The notes beneath the pieces are model-generated. The model had not been told where the DNA came from, ran no database searches, and worked only from the letters and a program-made list of their open reading frames with translations. DNA of 64,000 nt, taken from positions 73,780,001-73,844,000 of the forward strand of contig OZ024747.1 in assembly GCA_964016885.1 (NCBI GenBank), written 5' to 3'. Position 1 is the stretch's first letter. The number at the start of each line of letters is the position of its first letter. Source of the stretch: Eledone cirrhosa (Eukaryota). The position numbers were made by a program, and so were the translations under genes. Of the stretch, positions 46,278 to 58,646 are shown one piece after another.

Positions 46278-46749
46278 CGGAGGATTTTGGTAAGGAGCCA
46301 GATGGACCATAACGTACCAGAGTACTCAATACTTAGGGTAGTAGAGTGGGTAATAGGAGAAAGTATTACCCCGACGGCAGAGCTCAAGCCGTTTCGACGG
46401 CTATTTCTGGACTAAAGCAATAGATTGTTTATTTTGGTAAATAAATAGCCGAACTGTTCAAGGGTATTTCCTTATATGGAAAGATTGTAGTTGTCAAGGA
46501 GATTGGTCAAAATTTGTATCGTTCTATAGACAAGTTCAGCCATCCCCACCCCGCACTACTGCCATGATAGACTTTTATGTGTCCTCTACACATTTTGACC
46601 AATCCCCTTGACAACTACAATATTTTCATATAAGGAAGTACCCTTGAAAAGTTCGGCTATTTATTTACCAGACTAAAAAACTATTACTTTAGTCCAGAAA
46701 TAGCCTTCGAAACGGCTAAATCTCTGCCCTCGGGGTATATACTTTCTCC

Positions 46750-46750
<1 letters not shown>
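46276..46750. mobile_element. PLE family A fold-back element with an HHR motif in each arm, in (TA)n
   Basis: Minus arm 46276-46518 (with tail; HHR 46367-46466, core TTGAACA). Plus arm 46587-46750 (HHR 46639-46737, core TTGAAAA). Arms visibly diverged. Confidence 0.8.
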
Positions 46751-46831
<81 letters not shown>

Positions 46832-46870
46832 TATTTATATATATAGGAGAAAGTATGACCCCGAGGGCAG

Positions 46871-49027
46871 AAAATATTCAATAGAAATACCATTAAGCTG
46901 TCCTACTCCACAACTAGTAACATAGCTCAGAATATAGCTAAGATGATTTTTAGTAGACTTAGGACAGCCAATGAGGGAATTAGGCATGACAGGAACAATG
47001 GCAGCTCTATTGAGGAACTAACTCATACACGTGAGGCGAGTTGGGTCTCCCCAACCCCAGGGAATTTACCCATAGAGGAGACTGGAACTGAGACCCGACC
47101 CCAAAGGTACCGTGGTCCACCTGGAACTACCCAGATCGATAGCAAAAAATGTAACTGCAGAAGCACCGCCACCTTCCCCATGGCTGGTAAATACCTTACC
47201 AAAAACATAGTCCACTCCTGATAGAACCTTTAGGTATGTTGAGGCAACTGCCACGGAATTTAAGGATAGATGGTAAAATCACCGCCATACCTTTAATAGA
47301 TGAAATAAAAAAAATAGCACGGCACTTTCGGAATTAGTCTGAAAGCTTAAACATCAGAATATAGAGCACTCCTTATCCTGGTCAATAGTTTGCTCATCCC
47401 AACCTTATAACGGCAGCACTGGCGTCTGCAATTTATGTATAGCTGAAACTTTTAATATTATTAGATGCGACCCCCTATTAATTAATAGGAGAGCAGATTT
47501 TTTCAGCAACTGTCAACATAGATCCTCGAAAATCTTCCGCAGGATTTTTGGAAGGTAACCGACCTATAACTCCTCCCTCTCTACTTTAGCCATAGAGTTC
47601 TCTCAATAAACGGACAGTCACACACTTAGGTAGTTAGACGACTAAGATTGTTTGCGCACTTACAAATGATACTCGGCCTGCTTCCACGGAGTTCTCACAG
47701 CTGAGTGCTCTCTTTTAGAATACCTAGCTAGTAAATAGATAGATTGATTACACACCAAGTTAGGAGCGATTACGCTCTCTATACATAGCTCTACACACAG
47801 TACCCGTTTCCTTTAGACATTGAGCTCCCACAATTACGACTGTCACGTTCCTACCGACTGAACACTACACCAGGTTTTGATGCGTGAACATCTAACCATG
47901 GAGGACCCACTGTTACGGATTGAACAATAATACTGACACACCATTAATGGGCCTACACACATCCTTTGGATTTTACTTGTCCTGTGTTTTCTTACTTCAC
48001 CTTCTGTGTTGGATAACACACCTCCACCACTCAAACAACTATCTTAAAAGCTCATTGGCCCATATGACGGGAAATCGCACTTGCGGATGCATTTACCCAA
48101 TACCCAACCCTACACGGAGCCCTTTGCCGGCCTACATTGCTGTTGCTTGCATGCACGGATTTGGTGACACTGATTCTCAATGGGACAGCGGTACACAAGG
48201 AGTTCGACATGAGCTGATTGCTTGCTCTTCACATGGATGTGTATATACCCGGACATACCCTTTTTTAGACGATTCGGATGTGTATATACCATAACATACA
48301 CTTGAAGATATGGATGTTACAATTCGATCTATACACGTATAGCAGAACACTGAACTGAACTTACTTGCGCGCGCGTGTGTGTGTGTATGTGTGGGGCGTT
48401 GGTTAACCCAATATCTCCAATTTACATCGTCAAATTGAGATTTGACCGACATAGCTTCTGTTGCTTTGTGAACTAACTTTCGGTGAGTGCTGTGTTGGTA
48501 CATTCTTATATTTGTTTTATTATATTTGTTTTTTTCTCGAACATCGCTTCGGTGTGTGTGAAAGTGTGTGTGTACCCACCCACGCTAATTCTACGGGTTT
48601 AATACTGTGTTGATGTGTGTATATATACATATATATTTTTCTTTGACCTCGAGCCGATGTATATGGGTGTGGAGTGTGTGTGTACCCACTCACTCTTAAC
48701 TGTGACTGACTGTATCCCTACAGATTTGATTGATGTCCAGCGTCTTTTGCAGCGATAGAAATCTGAAAACTTTTATGACCTCAACTGAAGCTAATAGCAG
48801 TCGCCATGTCTCTGACTGACTGGTGTGTCTCCATATGAGGGAATGAATTCTGTGAGAGAACATCGTTATTTTTTCTCCCTCATATCAAATATTTGAAGAC
48901 AATTCATTTTCACCTGATGAGATCAGTGATAATCGATCATGGCTTCACAATCGATCTATCTCTTATTGAAACATGTGTCGTGATTAAATGATTGGAATTT
49001 TACCTTGCCTTCGGATTTTCATTTTGA
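46871..49027 (+). mobile_element. Decayed PLE 3' half (Naiad-like linker, GIY-YIG, 3'UTR with HHR)
   Basis: KKCNCRSTAT(F)PMAGK(Y)L..NIV, YVEATATEFKDRW*NH..F, STALSELV*KLK, WSIV..PYNGSTGVCNLCIAE..LINRR..CQH. Ends in (TA)n. Confidence 0.85.
48910..48983 (+). ncRNA. Type I hammerhead ribozyme
   Basis: TCAC-CTGATGA-imperfect stem II-GAAA-CATGTG-TC-GTGA. Confidence 0.72.
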
Positions 49028-49128
49028 TATATATATATATATAATTAAACACCACTATTATATACTGTCAGTATATTTAACCACTTCATGCGGACCACAA
49101 AAAAGACAAAAGTTACTGTTCATTAACA

Positions 49129-49211
<83 letters not shown>

Positions 49212-49341
49212 GTGAGGTTTTTTTTACAAAATGAAAAATAACCGAGGTGTCCTACACGAGTGGAAGTATAAAGAAAAAGGGATGAAATCGAAAATGCAAC
49301 TGAAGTCTTATTTTTTTTAAAATATATATATTTATTTGGTT

Positions 49342-49379
49342 CCTTTACCGGTTTCGCAGTTCTTCTGCTTTTCAAAAGG
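49342..49379 (-). ncRNA. Minimal 38-nt type I hammerhead with U3:A8 core
   Basis: CCTT-TTGAAAA-GCAG AAGAA CTGC-GAAA-CCGG-TA-AAGG; stems I and II fully paired, stem III a minimal palindrome. Confidence 0.82.
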
Positions 49380-49751
49380 TGAGTTGAGATGGAGGGTCTG
49401 TGGTTTTTCTCACATCTGGTTGGTCTCTAAATGTTACTTGTTTTATATGGAAAAACTGGCTCGAAAACCAGGTTTTTCGAGAAGTAATTTGATTGGTTTG
49501 TCAATAATTATAATAAATTTCGCGCCAGTTCGCGTTACAATAGTTCTTCAAATAAGAGAGGGGGGGGGGGGGGTTGTCACAGGTTGTTTTTTCATATATG
49601 AGTGTTTGAATTTCTTTTTACTTGAAAAAATGAGGCTCACGAAGGCTTTTTTGGGTTGGTTATAAATGAAATTTGACTGTCACGTGAACAAGTTTTCATT
49701 ACATTTTTGCGCCCTTATTTGGAAAACTATTCTGTAGTCTATAGTGAATGT

Positions 49752-50031
<280 letters not shown>

Positions 50032-50615
50032 TTAATGAACAGTAACTTTTGTCTTTTTTGTGGTCCGCATGAAGTGGTTAAATATACTGACAGTATATAA
50101 TAGTGGTGTTTAATTTATTTACACCAACAGTTAAATGCCAAATATTCCCAGATGTATTTGAACACAGAGCTTGCACTTTGCACGCCAATACATATAGAAA
50201 AGTACGAAAATATGTAATTAAAAAATAACAAGACGTTGAGAGGTAATATATTGATATAAAATAGTTAATAAAATCATGTTGTTTGAGAAATGACAGAGTG
50301 AAATATTAAAACAGCAGTATATATTGTATATGTTGGACGATGAATAACGGAAGCAACCCATAGCTTTAAGGCTTCTTAACATATAGAGATTATATTGATT
50401 AACCATATCGATTTCTATGTGAACAATTGGATGCCTTAGAATAACGTTCCATTGTTTTCATTCCACACTGACTTTAACATTGTGTAGAAAGTGGTTGACT
50501 TGGGTTCCTGGATTCCAAGACTAAGTAGACATCTGGCTTCCAGGTAAACATTCATTTATGACTAATTAAGAAAAGTTGTTAAAATCTGTTTTTTTATTCC
50601 ATGCTTATTTCTCCA

Positions 50616-50694
<79 letters not shown>

Positions 50695-50900
50695 CTCTCT
50701 CTCTCTCTCACTGATTCTCTCTCTCTCTATCTCTCTCCCACTTCTCTCTCTTACACACTCTCACTGCCTCTGTCTTTTTTTCTTTCTGTTTCATATTTCT
50801 TTATTTCTTATTCACCATCATCAGCATCATAATCATCGTTGTCGCTGTCGTTGTGGTCGTCGTCTCTCGTCACCCCACTCAACCTTCTCCCCCACCTCAC

Positions 50901-50937
<37 letters not shown>

Positions 50938-53370
50938 GCCTTTATATATATATTTACGCCCATTCTCATAGTTTATTTCATTCTCCGATAATCGGATATT
51001 CTCTCTGGTGTAATATATATATATGTGTATCTGTGGAGTACTGGCAGGGTGCGCATGCGTGTGTGCGTGAAAGGAAATATGCTATAAAAATTGATTTGTT
51101 TCAGGAAATATATTGATTTAGGTTGCTGAAATAAATTCCATTTTAAAAGTCGCAAGAATCTAGATTTCTATGGATGCAAAAGAGGAATGTAGTGACAGAC
51201 GTTGGAACTTCTGATAGAATGTCTGAGCTATTTCTCCCACCCCTCTGCCTTTTATCATTTTGAGGTCGATAAATAAAGTTGCAATTCTGCAAAGTAGAAA
51301 TATAAGCTCGAATTTCATGGTATTTAATTCACAATTTAAAGCGATGTAACTAAGTTCATCAAAGTAACTTGCTCAGGTTCTGCCAACCCACAATCATCAA
51401 AGATTTCATTCTTTATAACAGTACAAATCAATATGCTAATACATGTCTTCTTCTTCTTCTTCTTCTTCTTCTTCTTCTTCTTCTTCTTCTTCTTCTTCTT
51501 CTTCTTCTTCTTCTTCTTCTTCTTCTTCTTCTTCTTCATACCAGCCATTTCTACAGCAGTTTGAGAAAGACAGCCATGTGTTTCATGATTGCTATCTGTC
51601 ATCAGCGACGTTTACTCATCGGTACTGAAACAATTTTACATGACTGGCTTCCATTTATATAATTTCTATGACCTTGTACAATAGGTTCGTATTGATAAAT
51701 GTTTAATACAAATTAAGATACTATCACACATTATTTTATAGTTACAAGAAATTAATATCAACTTTAATGATCAAATGAGGAAAAGAGAATATTTTCAAAT
51801 TTATTTATTTATTATACACTTCAACTTTTTCATATATATTTTTTCCATTTCTTACAATTCACTTTAGAGAGTTTTAATTACAATATCAAAAGAATAAACA
51901 TGAAATACATCTTCAAAAAATCCACATTATATTGAAAACAATAATATAATTAGTATTAGGAATTCCATTCTACAATTAATTAAGATCTATAATGATTGTC
52001 GTATAAGATGCCGTATTAAGGAAAACTGAATCGGGAAAATTGTAAACATAAAAGTATAAATCAGAAAGATAAAACTTTCTCTAAAAATTGTAATTTTTCT
52101 TCTTTTTAAGTACTTTCATCCTCTATATATTTGTGAGGTATATTTTCATTTACGCTACATTACTTTAATAGAATATTATTGTTTATCTTTTCCGCTGATA
52201 TTCCGACCCAGATAGAGTTAAATATATTTATTTTTATATTTTTATATATTTGGAATAAACAATACATATAAATAGGGAGAGAAAAACCGATATTGTTTAG
52301 CGTAAGACGAAGGAAATAAGAAAGTGAACACAAGCAAAAGAAGACAATCAGTTATTTGGGCGAGAGAAGTGAGAGAAGATGAGGGCAAACAGAAATAACT
52401 AGATTTGGAGAACTTCCATAGAACTGTAATTGCCCACAAACATAATTTTTGCAAAACGATGTAATGAAATGGAGGGAAAGCTAAATTGATATTGAAGTTT
52501 AAAGCTTTATATGTAGACAGGAAATTGATTCTTAGACAGCAGAAAAGATTGAAAATTAGATATTTAACGACTGATATTCTATTTTATGGTTGAATTCGTG
52601 TCGTATATGAGAATAGTTAACTCTAGGCTCCTATATCTAACATGAATCGTGAACTAAAGACAGTCTTTTTTATAATACAATATTGCGTGCTACTATTTAC
52701 AAGCATTATGTAAAACAAACGCATTTAATTCGTTTTCTGACGGAAGAGTACTGAACAAAGCAATATATTCTTGCTGATTACCTGGTTCTCCTGCAGATAG
52801 GACTGCTATATGGAGCCTGACAACGTAACATTTGTTATTCCCCATCTCAATACATGATGATGTTATATTTTTTATCAACGCTTTTTATACAAAAACAAAA
52901 TACACTATTAAAGGTAAAAAAAAAAAGAAAACGAAAAGAAGAATAAAAATAAAGTCAAGCATCGAAAGTGAGTGGAGTGTGTGTGTGTGTTGGGGCAATA
53001 CCTCAGTCTGAGCGGTGCCTCAGCTGCACCCATGGACAAAGATATTACCGCGAAGAATTGCCAGAGACACCTACTGCAACAGCCACCGAACCTTATAGGG
53101 ATCCCTCTCCAAGCAGGCGCCATCCTTTCAATTTTGTCGAGAAAATCACCAGCGTCGGGCAATAAAATTCCTTAAGTATTTATTTAACTTTCCTTATATT
53201 CTGACAACAAATCTCCATCAACTAGAAACTGATATTCATCATTCTGAGAGTAAATAAAGAAATCAACACATTATATAGCCTAGAAACAGTCTCAGTTTTA
53301 CCCAGCTAATATAATATATTTCTTAATAATGCGTCAGAGAAATATTGTGATGATTTAGACTATATTCAAT

Positions 53371-53740
53371 ACTAGACGATTGTTCATATATTGTCAAAGT
53401 TCTTTCGTCACACATTCTGTGACCTCTTCAGTGACTGGGGATTATTTTCTTTGTGTTTGTGCCTCTCCTTTGTTCTGTCCTACGCCATCTTCTGAAGAGG
53501 TCACAGAATGTGTGACGAAAGAACTTTGACAATATATGAACAATCGTCTGGTTGTGGAACCAACCAACCAACCGGAAATTTATAAATTCCTAAATTTATA
53601 AATTTAATTTATAATAAATTGAAGTGAAAGCAACTGGTGCGTGTGTTTCTTATTGGCAACATAACTCTCCCAAAGCATAACAATATCGGTTTCAACACAC
53701 GTTTTCAGATAAAGAATTTTGCTAAACAAATTCAGAAACG
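53371..53740. mobile_element. PLE family C-related fold-back fragment
   Basis: Arms 53371-53431 and 53492-53552. Shares ctacgccatct, aaccaacc and caacat.ac.ctcccaaag.ata with 30320-30600 and 5742-5782. Confidence 0.7.
53393..53435 (-). ncRNA. Minimal type I hammerhead with one extra nucleotide after the core
   Basis: GTCA-CTGAAGA-G-GTCACA GAATG TGTGAC-GAAA-GAAC-TT-TGAC. Confidence 0.75.
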
Positions 53741-54319
53741 AAATATATATATATATACATATATACATACATTCGTATATGCACGCATACACACACACAA
53801 ACATAAATATAGATAAATATATACCAATACATTTTGACATTTCCAGTATTTCATTTCTTTTTCTTTTTGCCTGTTATTCCACACAGAGTACGCTCATCAT
53901 TCATTTGGTAGCCATGTAAATATGGCAGTAATATCGGTCATATATTGACCTTTTTCTTAGAAGCACGTGCCTACATAAGTATAGGTCATAGAGAATCATG
54001 CAATACTTGAGGGACTACTAGTGCGCAATAGAACAGAACTGAGCCAACCTGAGGTACCCTGATGCGCAAACTCATTCTAAATAGAATTCACAAGTGGTTA
54101 GTTCTCAATTCACATTGGACTACATATATACATATTTCACTTTCTCCGTAGTTGTACATAAACATGTTGATTAGTATATGTGTACGTTTGTATATGTGTA
54201 TCTGTGTATGTATCTACGCATGTATGTACGTATGTATGTATGTACGTATGTATGTATGTGTGTACGTATGTAATATGTATATGAGTTTATATACACATAT
54301 ATATATGTGTATAAGTATA

Positions 54320-54353
<34 letters not shown>

Positions 54354-54359
<6 letters not shown>

Positions 54360-54814
54360 ATTAAATAAATGGAAAACTATATTTATAAAACCATATTTAT
54401 TTCATTATATATATTTCGGGGATATCATATTAACAATATGCTATGCCTTCATCAGACAAAATACAATATAAACAGTTTTATAGATAAATATATTCGACAT
54501 ACCGTAATAAACATCAACTTCATTTGAAGAGGTTCACTCTGCTAGAGTGAACCTCTTCAAATGAAGTTGATGTTTATTACGGTATGTCGAATATATTTAT
54601 CTATAAAACTGTTTATATTGTATTTTGTCTGATGAAGGCATAGCATATTGTTAATATGATATCCCCGAAATATATATAATGAAATAAATATGGTTTTATA
54701 AATATAGTTTTCCATTTATTTAATATTGTAAATATACTCCAAGTATTTGTCGAGTGCTTTTATATCAGTTATAAATATTTACTAGTTGTAACCCAACAAT
54801 TTTAAATATAACTT

Positions 54815-54820
<6 letters not shown>
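54354..54820. mobile_element. PLE family B palindrome: 187-bp arms, 3-nt loop, 90-bp one-sided tail, in (TA)n
   Basis: 54354-54540 is the reverse complement of 54544-54730. HHRs at 54398-54463 (-) and 54621-54686 (+). Confidence 0.88.
54621..54686 (+). ncRNA. Minimal type I hammerhead ribozyme (family B); mirror copy at 54398-54463 (-)
   Basis: TATTTTGT-CTGATGA-stem II-GAAA-TATATA-TA-ATGAAATA. Confidence 0.8.
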
Positions 54821-54867
<47 letters not shown>

Positions 54868-54957
54868 GTATACATACATATACATACATACAAAAATGGA
54901 AAAGAACACACACTATATATTTTCCTCTGAGTCTGTGTGTATATATATATATGTATA

Positions 54958-55007
<50 letters not shown>

Positions 55008-55028
55008 TAGATAGATAGATAGATAGAT

Positions 55029-55134
<106 letters not shown>

Positions 55135-55253
55135 GCATACATATATATGTACGGCAACACTTATCTTTTTCCATTTCTCCGAGGGTTATAAACCCCACTA
55201 TCAGGCTAGAAATTTCTTTAGTCTAAAATACGGTGAAAGCTTATAATTTCTAA

Positions 55254-55304
<51 letters not shown>

Positions 55305-55307
55305 CAC

Positions 55308-55339
<32 letters not shown>

Positions 55340-55398
55340 TCAGAGGGAGATATGTAGTGTGTGTTCTTTTCCATTTATGTATGTATATGTATGTATAC

Positions 55399-55563
<165 letters not shown>

Positions 55564-55671
55564 CAGAGGGTGAAAAGAACACACACACTATATATTTCCC
55601 TCTGAGTCTGTGTGTATATATATATGTATACCTCTCTCTCGCTTTATATGTATATATATATATATATATAT

Positions 55672-55735
<64 letters not shown>

Positions 55736-56730
55736 TTCCACAACGAATTAACAAACCATACTTGAGAGCACGAGTTTACAAGTTTGACCCGAAGGATTCT
55801 TCATTTCGTGTATGGTTGTGGAGAGAACGGAAGTATATATATTCAGAGAGTGGGGGAATGAAAGGTGTATATGTATTACATATCTGAAACATCTGTTTAA
55901 TGCAATCATGAATATATACTTGTATATTATTTTGTGCTATATGAACAGCTTAGGCCAGCATATAGAATGCCATCACTATAATATCTAGTTAATATTGACC
56001 ATATCTCCTTCAGCATATATGTCCAACATAAAGTATATTATTGTATTATTTTGTTTCCTCTATGTATTTGTTTGTGTATTTGTCGCTCGTAGTTGTTTCG
56101 CCATCAGAAATATATTCGTACGTGGAGTTATTATTATTTTATTTTTTTTGTTATCGATGTTAATCGTATATGACCCCCGATCTTTCTATCTTTCTGTGTA
56201 GAGAAACATACATTTCTCGAGGGGTCCTACACTTTGTAAGACGGTAGATATGTTTAGAGTAGCATCACTCTCCAGTTTTACCTGGGAGAGTGATGCTACT
56301 GTTGATATTACAATCTTCGTTAATTGCCTGTTCCATATGCTGCAATCTATTGAGGCTCTAGAGAATCAGTAATGTCATCCGACTAAAGCTCGGGCAACAA
56401 TGTCTTTTAGAGAGTAACGGTTTGTTAGTGACCCCGAGACAAGTGCCAGGTATTCGACATCCCATCTATGAACAGAGCGGAGCAAACTATCTTTTAGTTG
56501 AATATGAGACCTTGCTGGATAGTCTTTATGACAAATTAGCAAAACCAGAAATATATTTACTTCATAAAATCCCTTGATCAAGAATAATCAAACTTGTTTG
56601 AATTATCAGATAGAATTTACATTTACATACAGCTTCTCAGACACGCATGCACACTCACAAACACACATACACCACACATACATACACACATACACACACA
56701 CACACATAAACACACACACACATAAATATC

Positions 56731-56763
<33 letters not shown>

Positions 56764-57195
56764 GGAGGAAGTTATAGTTCACTTGAAGCATTGTGTAATG
56801 AGGTATAAACGTTTGTATATATATATATATATATGTATATGAAATATTGTGCGCATGTCAATATATCCATACATTAATCTATTAACATATTTCTAGATGT
56901 GTGTATACGAATACATAGGAGTATATAGAGTATGTGCTCGTGTGTCAGCGTGGGACGCGTAATTAACTTCACGTTGTATATCTAAATATCTAATATAAAT
57001 TTTTGCTAATAAATGCGCCCTCTATATTAAATGCAGTCGCTATCGACAACTGCGAATATTAATTAGAATATGATATGAAACGAAATTAATATACTTATGG
57101 ACAAAGTGACCACTCATGTATATATATTGTATATATTGATCCAAATACAACGGACACACATATAAACATATGTATACATATAAACACATGGAAGC

Positions 57196-57356
<161 letters not shown>

Positions 57357-57462
57357 ATATGTGTGTGTGTGTGTATAAATATATATATATGTTAATGAAT
57401 ATGTATATATATTGATACATACACACCCACATACATAATTTAGTCACACAAACAGATATATA

Positions 57463-57618
<156 letters not shown>

Positions 57619-57652
57619 TTTCATATATATATATATTTACATATATATATTT

Positions 57653-57747
<95 letters not shown>

Positions 57748-58284
57748 ACACATATATATATACGACAAATGATTCATCGTTTGAAGATGCACGGCGTAGA
57801 TTTAAAGTTTAGAAAGTATATCAGCTCCGACAAGCTGCCAAAGAAAACATGTTCCAACATATATCCATAATATAATTGTATAAATCGAGTAGATAAATCC
57901 TGAGAGTCGGGAAAAAATGGTCATATATGCCTGCGAAATCGATGCCGAATCCCCCGGATTCCGTTAGGCGGAATTGCTATAATATGAAAAGTATTCCAGA
58001 TTTTATCCAAGGTGTTATTTATTGAACTATTTTATAGTTAAATATTTAAACGTGAGCTCTGACAGCTTTCAAGAACTGACTTTTCACCCGAGGCCTTCAG
58101 GTGTCTAAATGGAATATTGCTAAGCCACTACTGTGTCAGTGCTGAGAGGGTAAACATTCTTGCGAGACATGAGAGACTGCAGTATTGCTACTTGCTATAA
58201 GAACAAAGGGGACAGAATTGATTGGTTTAGCTACACAGGTATCTCGTTACTAAGCAACGTTGCGGATGTCTTCGCCGCGTTGTT

Positions 58285-58485
58285 TTGAACAGTCTATACT
58301 CTATATCATATATCACCTTTATTGATCTCACGAAGGCTTTCGATGTAGTTAATAAAGACGGCCTTTTCACGATCCTCGCCAAGATTGGTTTTCTCCCAAA
58401 CTTCTCAGAATAGTACCATCGTTTCATGCGGATATCAGTAGTGCCGGGGCGTTTAACATATGCAATGGTGTGAAACATGGTTTCA
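58285..58485 (+). pseudogene. RTE-clade LINE reverse transcriptase relic
   Basis: ITFIDLTKAFDVVNKDGLFTILAKIG..P followed by ICNGVKHG (compare GVKQG). Confidence 0.7.
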
Positions 58486-58592
58486 TTCGTATGAAATTAT
58501 TCCTGGTAATTTCAATCGAATGAAACAGTTCTAGTCCTGTAGAAATAATTTCTATATGTAATATAATATAATAAAATATAATATATATATAT

Positions 58593-58646
<54 letters not shown>

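Noticed and set aside
52908-53175. GC-richer ORFs resembling a CRE/NeSL-like RLE C-terminus or an exon
   Set aside because: Similarity too vague to call without a search.
54524-54560. TTGAAGA plus hairpin at the palindrome centre as an extra HHR
   Set aside because: The hairpin is just the palindrome axis, no GAAA follows, and the homologous region at 43520-43540 lacks the motif.
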